Below, piece by piece: positions 34,652 through 44,201 of a DNA stretch of 64,000 bases. This DNA comes from an uncultured Chloracidobacterium sp. (GTDB taxonomy: Bacteria; Acidobacteriota; Blastocatellia; Pyrinomonadales; Pyrinomonadaceae), in contig CAZGLZ010000006.1 in assembly GCA_964526245.1 (NCBI GenBank), positions 2,215-66,214 on the forward strand, given 5' to 3'. Positions within the stretch are counted from its first letter, which is position 1. Every line of letters starts with the position of its first letter. The translations under genes and the position numbers were made by a program. The notes under the pieces were generated by a model. The model did no database searches, was not told the DNA's origin, and saw nothing but the letters and a program-made list of their open reading frames with translations.

Positions 34652-35341
34652 CTACCCGGCATCCCATTCCCTGAGTAGCCTGTTAAACGCCTGATCCAAA
34701 AGCTTCGCCTGCTTGCTGTTCCTGCCAAGTCTGTCCTTTACGGATTCGACTTGATTCTGAGACTCCTTATCCTTTGGAGTGGGGAAGTCAAAGAGAAAAT
34801 ACCAAAACGAAATCGCCTTCTGATCTGACAAGCCATCGAGGATGCTCTGAGCGAGAACTGGATTTTTCGTTATCAAGTCTATAGCCGGACCGTTAAACAA
34901 GTCGACAGGACTTCCGTCCCTGTAGCGTCCGTCCAATCCAATGCTAATCACCTTTTCGAGGCGTTGTTTATCTGAAACCTCGCCACAGCTAAAGAAATAC
35001 GGGAAATGTTCTGGATATTTGGCGTATAGAGCACCGCCACCTTTCTCATCGTCAAATCCATACAGGTTGTCGAAGTCCTTGAACGACGAGGGAAACGCTT
35101 CCACAAAGTCCTTACACTTTTTGTCGTTGAAGGAACTGATGAGTACCGCTGCCCGGTTTGACCCATCTTCGTAACTTCGTTGCGGCAGCGGGGTTGGAGT
35201 GCTTCCCAAATCTGCAGGAACGCCATTTGAGAAGCCCTTGTTTCCTCCATTGCATGCACTAGCGAAAGTGAATGTAGCCAAAAGCAAAACTAGCGCAACA
35301 GTTCTAATTGCTAATCCGGTTTCGAATAATGAACTTAACAT
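34652..35341 (-). CDS. Lipoprotein downstream of an orphan RHS tip (immunity candidate)
   Basis: LLLATFTFASAC lipobox-like signal. The start is ambiguous (35395 or 35341) and overlaps the toxin 3' end. Confidence 0.4.
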   Translation of the reverse strand: MLSSLFETGLAIRTVALVLLLATFTFASACNGGNKGFSNGVPADLGSTPTPLPQRSYEDGSNRAAVLISSFNDKKCKDFVEAFPSSFKDFDNLYGFDDEKGGGALYAKYPEHFPYFFSCGEVSDKQRLEKVISIGLDGRYRDGSPVDLFNGPAIDLITKNPVLAQSILDGLSDQKAISFWYFLFDFPTPKDKESQNQVESVKDRLGRNSKQAKLLDQAFNRLLREWDAG

Positions 35342-36893
35342 TGCTTGCTCCCCTTTCTTTAATGAATGCTTTGAGCTCCTTAGTTTTCGACTCACTCGTA
35401 CCGGCCTTAATTCTGCCTTCCTTCACGCTTCCTCCCGGCATAATACAGCCCTCGGTCCACCCGCCATCGTAACCCCTGTGAAAGAGAATTGCCCGATCCT
35501 TCGGAACGAACTCATTCGAAATCACGAACGTATTCTTGTGCTTTTTACCCGAGTGATCGCTAAGGTCAAAAAGGCCTGCCTTAACTCGTTTGTCCTGGTT
35601 ACGCTCCGTGGTATCTGGTCCCGCAGGTTCCAGCATCACTCCTTGGACATCCTTCTCCCCGCCGCCAACCGTTTTGAACGTGCCACTTGTATAATCGCTC
35701 CCTTCCTCATTTCGGTCGTAGATGATAAGTCCTTTAACCTCGATCGATGCGGCCTTGAGTTCAGCAACCGTTTGAGCGTCGAGTTTGCCGCCCCAATTGA
35801 CGTTCGGCTTTTTTTTGTTCGGCACTTGTCCGGGGCCCAGTAGATATATTTTTTTGTCCCCTACTTCATCAGTGCCGAGCCAATTCCCCTCACGGTCATA
35901 AAAATCCCCGGTGACAGCAATCATTCCAGTCGGATCAGTTAAGATCAGCGGGCGGTTCATTGTGTAGGCGTAACGATTGAAAGTCTGAGGATCGGCGGAT
36001 TTGCCGCTGGCGAGGAGCGGATCGACGGCGGTAAAGCGGCCGTGGTTGTTGTAGTAATAGCGAGCCTCGGCAAAGTCGAGCCCCGTTTCCTCGTCGCGCT
36101 CGTAGCCGGTGAATTTCTGCCGCACCCCATCGCCGACGCCGTATTTGTCGCCGGGCGTGCGGTGCGTCTCCGCCATCGCCGCGATCTCTTCGCCAAAGGG
36201 CATAAAGTCCCGCCGCGAAACGACCTCGCCCTGCTTGTTGGTCAGCACCCGCGGACTGCCAAGTGGGTCCGTCGCCGTGTAGTTGACGGTCGGAGCGGCC
36301 GGCGGCCCATCCGCTGAATACTCCCCGATCAACTTGCCTAAACCGTCATAGACGAATACAACATACTCCGTCGCGGCTTCCTTTTTGATCCGCTTCCCGA
36401 GCCCGTCGTATTTGTACTCGCCCACCACCTGGTTTGCGCTGTTCCTGACCTCAACCTGCTTGTTGTCACCGTTGAAGGTAAATTGCCGGCCGTGTATGTC
36501 CCTGATCAGATTGCCAACGGCATCAAACTCATAATCGGTCGTGTTCGAGAACTTGTTCGTGTTCACATCAACCGCCGGGAGCGTCACCTCGTTGATCGCC
36601 TTCGCCTGTGAACCGACCGTTTCGGCATGCGAGGTCCTGTTCCCGTAGCGGTCATACCCGAACGTCTGAATCCAGGTCTGACCGCCGTTTACCGTCTCCT
36701 TCGCCTCGGTGATCCGATCCAAAGAATCGTATTTGTAGCTTTGAACAAACGGATTTGCCAGCCCGTTGAAAGTAATGGTCTGTTTGGCAATGTTCCCTGC
36801 ATTCTTCGTCACGTCAACATTCCCGCCGGTATCAAACTCGCCGTATTCGTAGGTCAGGTGCATCAAACCGCCATTCGTCGGCGAATTGCCCAT
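35304..36893 (-). CDS. Orphan RHS C-terminal cassette with distinct toxin tip
   Basis: YKYDSLDRI, DRYGNR, RRDFMPFGEE. Core end MNRPLILTDPTGM. About 205-aa tip containing LFHRGYDGGWTEGCIMPGG. Confidence 0.7.
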   Translation of the reverse strand: MGNSPTNGGLMHLTYEYGEFDTGGNVDVTKNAGNIAKQTITFNGLANPFVQSYKYDSLDRITEAKETVNGGQTWIQTFGYDRYGNRTSHAETVGSQAKAINEVTLPAVDVNTNKFSNTTDYEFDAVGNLIRDIHGRQFTFNGDNKQVEVRNSANQVVGEYKYDGLGKRIKKEAATEYVVFVYDGLGKLIGEYSADGPPAAPTVNYTATDPLGSPRVLTNKQGEVVSRRDFMPFGEEIAAMAETHRTPGDKYGVGDGVRQKFTGYERDEETGLDFAEARYYYNNHGRFTAVDPLLASGKSADPQTFNRYAYTMNRPLILTDPTGMIAVTGDFYDREGNWLGTDEVGDKKIYLLGPGQVPNKKKPNVNWGGKLDAQTVAELKAASIEVKGLIIYDRNEEGSDYTSGTFKTVGGGEKDVQGVMLEPAGPDTTERNQDKRVKAGLFDLSDHSGKKHKNTFVISNEFVPKDRAILFHRGYDGGWTEGCIMPGGSVKEGRIKAGTSESKTKELKAFIKERGASNVKFIIRNRISN

Positions 36894-36979
36894 CTTGAGT
36901 TCCAGAGCCTGATTTTAATCCCAACGTCGAAACCCGCTAGATTTTGGCATTGATGCAGGAATTGCCTTCGATTGTTATC

Positions 36980-37432
36980 CTATTTCTTGTCGTCACCTTC
37001 GAGCGGCTTCAAGTCGTCGATCTCATTTGGCACGACATTTTCATAGACCCGATAAACCAACGACGACTCGGAAAGAAGCCTCCTTAGATCTTCTTTGTTC
37101 TGTTCGGACGCGTCTGCGAAAAATAAAGATCCGAATCCTTCATAACCATTACGGTCAATCCCAAATGTGGCTTTTACTCCATTTCGCGGCCAATACCCCC
37201 CGCCTGGATGCGGCTGGTTCAAGACGTTCTCGTAGAACTCTTTCCGATCCGCTTTAGAGGAGTCCTTCTTAAAAAAGAACAACATTTCAACCTTGCTGTC
37301 TAGATTGAAAATTTCTCTTACTTCTTTTGACTGTCCCGAAGTCTCCCTCGTTTGACACGATTGAGACTGAGCCAACAACAGCGAGATAGCGATGGCCAAA
37401 ACTGTTACCTTGAATGTCATAATCCCGTCCAC
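36980..37432 (-). CDS. Small secreted protein (immunity candidate)
   Basis: Signal peptide VTVLAIAISLLLAQSQS. Starts 12 nt after the upstream toxin stop. Confidence 0.45.
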   Translation of the reverse strand: MDGIMTFKVTVLAIAISLLLAQSQSCQTRETSGQSKEVREIFNLDSKVEMLFFFKKDSSKADRKEFYENVLNQPHPGGGYWPRNGVKATFGIDRNGYEGFGSLFFADASEQNKEDLRRLLSESSLVYRVYENVVPNEIDDLKPLEGDDKK

Positions 37433-37444
37433 CTCTGCTAAAAA

Positions 37445-38422
37445 CTACTGAATAATACGATGGGGTTGTAGTGGCTTAGTTAGATTCTCGACCGGTGGAG
37501 TTTCACGCTCTTCAACATGCTTTTTCGTAATGATAGTCTTCCCATCGGACCCTACGGTATAGCTGTATGCAGCGTAAGACGGGAAGGGCCGACCTTCAGC
37601 AGAAACTCCCGTCACTTGACCATCACCAGTAATTCGCAAAGTAACGCTGCCGTCGATAGTCCCTGCAGGTGCGAGCCGGCCAACAACCGGGAGGGTTTGA
37701 AAACCATTTTTTCCGTCAGCAATGGAGACCGTAACGTCAACACCAGCACCGAAGTCCTCTTCGCCCTGAACTTTTTGCATATTGGAAAGCTCTACACCGG
37801 TCTCGGCGGAACCGGTAGCAGAAACGTCAACGCCCACATTTGAACTATACCCGGAGGTTGTAGGGAGATCGATCCTTCCATTATCGGTTAGGTTTACTGA
37901 GGCCCGCGCATGGCTAGGCCAAATTGTGGTCGTGCTTTCCCAATAAACCTTTTCCGTATCGGTGGAGATAATTACTTGTACCATTACTCTCGCGGTTAGG
38001 TTCGCGTTATCACCACTGAATCCCCGATTGTCACCATTTCCCCTAAGATTAGCCGAACCAACGGTCTTCGAGGAAATAAATGCCTCATAACAAATTCCCA
38101 CTTGACCTTGTTTCAATCCAGATGGCGCGGCGCACAATCCCTCTGGGTCAACGAATGTCATCGGGTTATTCATTACATAAATATATCGATTAAAAGACTG
38201 CGGATCGCTTGATTTCCCTGAAGCCGACAACGGATCAACGGCGGTGAATCGTCCGAAGTTATTTGCATACATCCTTGCTTCGGCAAAGTCGAGGTTTGTT
38301 TCGTTGTCTTTCTGGTAGCCGGTGAATTTTTGTCTTATGTCGTCTTCACTGGATGAATATTTGAGTCCCGTGTCGCCTGTTCTATTTCCGACTCCGGCGT
38401 AGAGTTCTTCGCCGAAGGGCAT
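37445..38422 (-). CDS. Minimal orphan RHS tip (last about 90 aa of core plus about 225-aa toxin)
   Basis: Begins inside the conserved RRDFMPFGEE block, with a stop codon immediately upstream of GQVSSRRDF. Core end NNPMTFVDPEGL. Confidence 0.6.
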   Translation of the reverse strand: MPFGEELYAGVGNRTGDTGLKYSSSEDDIRQKFTGYQKDNETNLDFAEARMYANNFGRFTAVDPLSASGKSSDPQSFNRYIYVMNNPMTFVDPEGLCAAPSGLKQGQVGICYEAFISSKTVGSANLRGNGDNRGFSGDNANLTARVMVQVIISTDTEKVYWESTTTIWPSHARASVNLTDNGRIDLPTTSGYSSNVGVDVSATGSAETGVELSNMQKVQGEEDFGAGVDVTVSIADGKNGFQTLPVVGRLAPAGTIDGSVTLRITGDGQVTGVSAEGRPFPSYAAYSYTVGSDGKTIITKKHVEERETPPVENLTKPLQPHRIIQ

Positions 38423-38594
38423 GAAGTCTCGGCGGGAGCTGACCTGTCCACTTCCTCTCAGTTCTCAGCGACTGTTTACCTTCCATTTCAAGAATTTTTC
38501 CTTACCGTCTCGGCCTACGAGTGGAATCTTGTAAACACCAACGCGCTTAACCTAAGTAGTTACTTCATAGATGACATCGATTTCTCCCACTTCA

Positions 38595-38948
38595 CTATCT
38601 GCTAGACGTACTTTCAATGCTGTCGTGAATCGTTGCCCACGCAATATTTCTCAACTCCTCAAGTTTGGTTGGCACAGTTTCCGGGCGTTTCGGAACCAGA
38701 ACGTAGACCTCAATCGGAAATGTCTCTAACCGCTCGATCTGATTCTCCCTTCCAACATATCGGTTTGTAAGAAATACCCATTCAGTCACAATTTCTGAAG
38801 GCCGCTGGTCAAATACCGTTACCGGGCGGTCGAGTCGGACACGCAGAACAGGAGTTCCATCCATCTCCAAGTGGTTGACATCGAGAAGTTTACGTGGAAC
38901 TTCAAAATCAATCGTATCGGTTGACGATAAGAAAAGCCCTTTAATCAT
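38595..38948 (-). CDS. Immunity candidate for the full-length RHS toxin
   Basis: ATGA start/stop overlap with the RHS gene (38945-38948). 117 aa, no signal peptide. Confidence 0.55.
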   Translation of the reverse strand: MIKGLFLSSTDTIDFEVPRKLLDVNHLEMDGTPVLRVRLDRPVTVFDQRPSEIVTEWVFLTNRYVGRENQIERLETFPIEVYVLVPKRPETVPTKLEELRNIAWATIHDSIESTSSR

Positions 38949-41900
38949 AACGGTTTCAGTAGCTTGGTATTTACTTTGTTCATCACATTTGCAGGATTAA
39001 TTCGATATTCAATTATACCACCCTGGTTACCATGAAGAGGTTTTGCTACGGTAATCTCCCTGATATTTGAGGTCCGGACATCCCCCTCAACCAAATACTC
39101 TCCCGTGTTCCAGTCGGGCAACCCTGCCGCGTCTCGATAATTTGGTACGGTTCGTGGATCTATAGGGGTCCAGTAATCACTATCCATCCGGGATCCTCCC
39201 CCCCACACTCTATATACTCGTTGTAAAGGGTCTCGGTCTTGCGAAGTGGTAGTTGTTGTTGTCGACGTCTGACCGGCTGGAGCAGGCCCTGGTGCTTGTA
39301 CTGTAACTGGGGCGGCAAGAATTATCGCCGCCGGAGCAAGTGCTGCCACTACAACCGCTCGCCCTACATTGCTGAGGATTGTCCGACCGACGCTCGGGGC
39401 CGCACCAGGCGGCGGAGCAGTTACAGGAGCCGGAGCTCCTGGAGCGACTACTGGCGGCGGCGGTGGTCCTACAAACCCGGCTGCTGGCCCTTGTGGTACG
39501 TACTTGGCGCACTCGTCGGTTACTTTGCCACCACAACCCGGAACGCTGGTCTTTTCATTCTCGACCTTAATCGGACCGGTTTTATCTTCTCCATCTTCAT
39601 CGGTGTAACACTCTGGGTCTTCCGGAGGGCAGGCAATCAATCCCGACGGATCGACGTAGCGAAGAGGACTATTCAATGAATAGGTGTATCTATTGAACGT
39701 TTGCGGAGCGATTCTCCTCGCTGAGGCCATCAAGGGATCAGGGCTTGTAAACCGTCCGAGATTGAAACTATGAAATCGGGCCTGAGCAAAATCAAGATCG
39801 GTTTCATTATCTCTTTCATACGAGGTGAATTTTTGGCGGATTGAGTCTGCTCCATAGTTTTGGCGGGCGATCTCTTCGCCGTAGGGCATGAAGTCGCGAC
39901 GGGAGGCGACTTGGCCGAATTGGTCGGTCGTGATCCTGGGGCTGCCGAGGTGGTCGGTTGTCAAATAGCTGGTTTTGGCGGTTGCGGTCGGTTCGACGAC
40001 GGTTGAATACTCGGCAACCAGTTTATTGGAAGCATCATACGCGAAGATGGTTGTTTCGCCCGTGCCGGGGACAACCTTCTTGATCCGAAGCCCGTCGCCG
40101 TTGTAAAAGTACTCGCCGACGATCTGGTTCTGCGGGTCCTTTACCTTGACCTGCTTATTCTCGGCGTCGTAGGTGAACTGACGGCCCTCGGCATCGACGG
40201 TCGTATTCCCGGCGGCGTCATACTGCCACCCGGTCGAACTCAGTCGATTATTCGCCGCGTTTGCCGAAGGATTGACGATCGGCCGTATCGCCTCGCAGAC
40301 GACCGGGTTGCCGGATTCGGTGCACTCTTTTGGAAGAGTTGTAGTATTCGCCTCGTCGAAATTACGATTGCCGTAGCGGTCAAAAGTATAGGTCTGCTGC
40401 CACGACGGCGTTGGATTGCCGTCTATGTTCTCAGTCGCGGATTTCAAACGGTTCAGCGAATCGTAAGTGTAATTTTGTACCGCAGTGAAGCCCGGCGTCT
40501 GCCCGACCGTCGGGACCGTGATCGTCTGGCTCAGGACGTTACCGTTGTTGTTCGTACTGCCGTAATCGTAATTTAGTTTAAGCAAGCCCTGGTTTGTCGC
40601 CGAGCTTCCGAGGCCGATCTGCGTGGGTTGCAGACGGCTGTTGAATGCCGTGTTCTCAAACCTGCCGTTGCCGAGCTTCATGCTCGAAACCGCACCGGCC
40701 GCAGTGTAAACAAAATTGCTCGCGTAAGGCCGCCAGATGTCGGTCGAACTATTCCGGCTGTGAACCTGTGCAAGATTCCCATCCGCATCCAAAGTGCTCT
40801 TAACCTTCCGGCCCGAAGGGTACGTCTGCTCGATCAAAGCCCCGCTCAGGTTGTAAACATAACCGGTCGTGTAGTCCTGTCCGTCGGTCGTCTGTTTGTG
40901 GGCCTTTATCCTGCCGAGAATGTCGAACTCTGTGTACTCCGTCGTCGAAATACTGCTTTCGACCTTCGTCAGCCGGCCGATGGCGGGTGCGACCGTCCCG
41001 TAGGTATAGTTCACGGTCGGGGTCGTGTATCCCGTCTCGCCCGAATAGCTTCGCTGAGTAACCCTGTTGAGAGCGTCGTAAGAATAGGTCGTTGTGATAC
41101 TCCGAGCGTCAGTTTTGCTCGTTAAATTGCCGTTCGGATCGTATTGATAGCTGATGGTGCCGCTTTCCGGGTTTGCGGCCGAAAGCAGGCGCGAGAGGCT
41201 GCTGTAGCTGAATGTCCTTGTCTGAACCCCCTGGGAAACTGTCGTCAGGTTATTGAGCGTGTCGTAGCCATAGGCGGTCCTAAAGCCATGGGCGACGGTT
41301 GTGTTCGGGAACGCAACGCTCTCCGAACCCGCCTCGCTCGCCGCAAGCACTTCCCAAACCTCTTCCAATTGCCCAAGAGCATTCGTCTTGCTGATCCGGC
41401 GCTTCCCGGCCTGATCCGTAACCAACACGCGATCACCATCAACATTTGTCAATACGGATCCGGTCGAGTTTTCGTTCGCCCCCAATGGAGCCGGAAGTGA
41501 TGACCCAACGAATGTTTTTATCTCGGTTTGAAGTCCTGAACTATTCTTCGAACTTCGTGTCCATCCCATGGTCTCTTCGTTCGATGCGTTAGAAGAATTT
41601 GAAGCTCGGAACGGATTCGAAACGACTTGGACGCTGCAGGTTTGAGTAGAATCAAAACCACACTGAGTAGATGTCATGTATTTCGTTTCAACTTTGATCC
41701 CGTGCTGCTCGTTATACGGATCCTCGTTACTCGCGTTTTCGATTACGCGACTCAGCCGAACCCGCCCAAGCCTGTCGAAGTGTTGGACTGATATTGACCG
41801 GCCATCGCCAACTGTTTCCAAATCACTCCGAGTCACGATCCTGCGCTCAGAATGGCTGTATTCCGTAGTCGTCCATTGTTCCAGCGGAGTTCCGGGCGCT

Positions 41901-44140
41901 GTGATCGTTTTGGTGTTCCGACCGAGAATATCGTACTCACTTTCGACGGAAACACCATTATCTTCGTCCGTTACACGCACCGGAAGACCCGTGTGGAAGT
42001 CGTATTGTGTTGAACTTGTGAGCGCAATGGATGTCCCTGAAGCCGAAATTGTCTGGGTCGGGTAGAGTCCTGTGACGCCACCGATCGAGCCGTAGACGAA
42101 TTGAGTCACCGTTCCATTTGCGTCGGTCGTCGATTCGACGTTCCCGCGAGTATCGTAGGTCGTGCTAGTTGCTATCCATTGGTTAGTGTGGTTATCCCAA
42201 GAACTCACCGATGTTAAATTGCCCAAAGTTGGGGCGGCTCCATAAACCTGCCCGTCATAACTGTACCGGCTAATGCTAGACCCCACCGAAGTTTCCTTTA
42301 ACGAATTCAGGAACAAATTACCAGTCTTCGCATAAACATCCGTCGAGTTCCAAGTAGCAGGAGAGTTATGGTAATTGTTCGATACCGTCCGAACAGGTTG
42401 CTCGCCCGGGGGCACGTCAATCGGGACACCATTCGAGTCGCGGCCCACCAATTCCGGGTCGAACCAATCGTATTCGGACACCTGCGTCACATTGCCGTTG
42501 AAATCGTATTGAAAAGCGCGAGCGGACATTTTCGTCGCGTTTCCGCTCGCGTCGAGAAGGCTCGTAAATTCCTTCGTTACCACGGGGTTGAAAGTTAGCT
42601 TGACAAATCCATTTGTGTATTCATACGCACCATCAAAAACTATTCGGCCCCACTGACGCTCGATTCGAGTTCGATTCGGATGATCCTCTCGAACAACAAG
42701 TCCATTTAAACCATTCAGGGATCCCGAAATTTTTGTAATCGTACTGACCGCACCACTTGGACCCGTCACGGTTGAGGTATGTGGGGATATAAGGTAATCC
42801 CATGTATCGGTCATTCCATCGTAATTCAAACGCTTTTCGGAGATAGTGTTGGCGGCCGCGTCAATTTCACCGCCCACCCCTGTGCCGCCAACAGTATGGG
42901 CATCATCGAGGTAATACTCGTATTCATACACCGCCCCGAGTGGGGTAGTCATTGAACTAAGTTCACCCCAACCTAGCGACGGATTCGGATGGGTAGTCGG
43001 CGACGCTCCACAGCCGCCAACGTAGGTGGCACCGGCTCCTGCGACATCCGCGTTGTAAGAGAAAGCATAGGTTGCCTGCGGTTCACCTGAAGCGGGGGCC
43101 GGGAATTTAATCTCCCGAACCACCGGTAAATCTATCTGGCCTGGTAGTGAATCCTCTTGGTAAACACATCCATTATTTGGTCCAATATCCGGGTAGTCGA
43201 CGTTATGAAACTTTCCGGAAACTGTAGTGGTCCCGTAAACGATTTCGACCGTTTGCCATGTGCCGCCAACGGACTGATAAGATACCCCACTCTTCCCTGT
43301 TACTGCATTACTGCCGACTCTGATTTCCCGACCACTGTGCTCGTCCTGATACCGTGTTTCCTGACCATCGTTAAATATCTTGATCTTGTTTCCGTTTGCG
43401 TCACTAATTCTTTGGAAAGTTTGAAACTGCTGTACCTTTGTGCCGTCCGGGAAGAATGCCTCCCACCGAAGATCCGGATGACTCGCTGGGTAGATCGTTA
43501 CTCTGGTATAACTGCCGTCGGCAGTATAGTAGCTCATCGCCGCCCCCGTAGAATCAGGCGTGTCTTTGTAATAGCCTCTAAAGAAATCGTCAGTCCCCCA
43601 AAATGGAGCCATTCCAAGAGGCCTGATCTCGTGTTTGGAGCCATCTGGCATCACCAAATGTGCGCGAGTCCAGTTATAGTCTCTTAACAAGATCTCATCA
43701 TCAGGAGCTGCAAAATTCAGATCTTTCTGATAGTCCCAAGTGTCTCCAGCATCCCAGTCGATGCTGTACCCTCCGCCAATCCGCCAACCGCCGTATGTGC
43801 TCACATACGGCACTGAAACCACATAAGGAACGCAACCGTCACCAGGGACGCACCGCACCCGCTCCTCTAATCGCGTATCCCAGAGCTTGGAGTTATACTG
43901 TGCGAAGATCGTGAACCCCAGTTTCCCGCCCGCCATCTTGGGAAGTGAAGCCAACGGAATCGAAATACTGACATTTCCATTTTCGAGATTTACATTTTCG
44001 ATTCCAGACGAATCGAAAGGCGCAATATGGCTAGTTCCCCTGTCGGGCCTCGAGATCGACTGGGATCTAGGTACATCAGCAAACGAAATTACTAGAACGA
44101 TTCCCACTGCAACTTTGGACAAACTCTTTAGCATACTCAC
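38945..44140 (-). CDS. Full-length RHS/YD-repeat polymorphic toxin with Sec signal peptide
   Basis: MSMLKSLSKVAVGIVLVISFADVP signal, many YD repeats (YxYDxxGN/R), core end NSPLRYVDPSGL, then a 230-aa C-terminal tip with a Pro-rich linker. Confidence 0.9.
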   Translation of the reverse strand: MSMLKSLSKVAVGIVLVISFADVPRSQSISRPDRGTSHIAPFDSSGIENVNLENGNVSISIPLASLPKMAGGKLGFTIFAQYNSKLWDTRLEERVRCVPGDGCVPYVVSVPYVSTYGGWRIGGGYSIDWDAGDTWDYQKDLNFAAPDDEILLRDYNWTRAHLVMPDGSKHEIRPLGMAPFWGTDDFFRGYYKDTPDSTGAAMSYYTADGSYTRVTIYPASHPDLRWEAFFPDGTKVQQFQTFQRISDANGNKIKIFNDGQETRYQDEHSGREIRVGSNAVTGKSGVSYQSVGGTWQTVEIVYGTTTVSGKFHNVDYPDIGPNNGCVYQEDSLPGQIDLPVVREIKFPAPASGEPQATYAFSYNADVAGAGATYVGGCGASPTTHPNPSLGWGELSSMTTPLGAVYEYEYYLDDAHTVGGTGVGGEIDAAANTISEKRLNYDGMTDTWDYLISPHTSTVTGPSGAVSTITKISGSLNGLNGLVVREDHPNRTRIERQWGRIVFDGAYEYTNGFVKLTFNPVVTKEFTSLLDASGNATKMSARAFQYDFNGNVTQVSEYDWFDPELVGRDSNGVPIDVPPGEQPVRTVSNNYHNSPATWNSTDVYAKTGNLFLNSLKETSVGSSISRYSYDGQVYGAAPTLGNLTSVSSWDNHTNQWIATSTTYDTRGNVESTTDANGTVTQFVYGSIGGVTGLYPTQTISASGTSIALTSSTQYDFHTGLPVRVTDEDNGVSVESEYDILGRNTKTITAPGTPLEQWTTTEYSHSERRIVTRSDLETVGDGRSISVQHFDRLGRVRLSRVIENASNEDPYNEQHGIKVETKYMTSTQCGFDSTQTCSVQVVSNPFRASNSSNASNEETMGWTRSSKNSSGLQTEIKTFVGSSLPAPLGANENSTGSVLTNVDGDRVLVTDQAGKRRISKTNALGQLEEVWEVLAASEAGSESVAFPNTTVAHGFRTAYGYDTLNNLTTVSQGVQTRTFSYSSLSRLLSAANPESGTISYQYDPNGNLTSKTDARSITTTYSYDALNRVTQRSYSGETGYTTPTVNYTYGTVAPAIGRLTKVESSISTTEYTEFDILGRIKAHKQTTDGQDYTTGYVYNLSGALIEQTYPSGRKVKSTLDADGNLAQVHSRNSSTDIWRPYASNFVYTAAGAVSSMKLGNGRFENTAFNSRLQPTQIGLGSSATNQGLLKLNYDYGSTNNNGNVLSQTITVPTVGQTPGFTAVQNYTYDSLNRLKSATENIDGNPTPSWQQTYTFDRYGNRNFDEANTTTLPKECTESGNPVVCEAIRPIVNPSANAANNRLSSTGWQYDAAGNTTVDAEGRQFTYDAENKQVKVKDPQNQIVGEYFYNGDGLRIKKVVPGTGETTIFAYDASNKLVAEYSTVVEPTATAKTSYLTTDHLGSPRITTDQFGQVASRRDFMPYGEEIARQNYGADSIRQKFTSYERDNETDLDFAQARFHSFNLGRFTSPDPLMASARRIAPQTFNRYTYSLNSPLRYVDPSGLIACPPEDPECYTDEDGEDKTGPIKVENEKTSVPGCGGKVTDECAKYVPQGPAAGFVGPPPPPVVAPGAPAPVTAPPPGAAPSVGRTILSNVGRAVVVAALAPAAIILAAPVTVQAPGPAPAGQTSTTTTTTSQDRDPLQRVYRVWGGGSRMDSDYWTPIDPRTVPNYRDAAGLPDWNTGEYLVEGDVRTSNIREITVAKPLHGNQGGIIEYRINPANVMNKVNTKLLKPL

Positions 44141-44201
44141 TCTCTTTCGAAATCAGTTTACTCGGGTAAGGAAGGAACGTATCCGTTTACGATACATTTC
44201 C

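Noticed and set aside
33731-36317. Plus-strand ORFs (33731-34321, 35199-35843, 36042-36317) and many others inside the RHS genes (for example 40628-41125 and 43157-43687)
   Set aside because: They are antisense to RHS repeat ORFs that have strong family motifs. They are not conserved-looking and have no start context.
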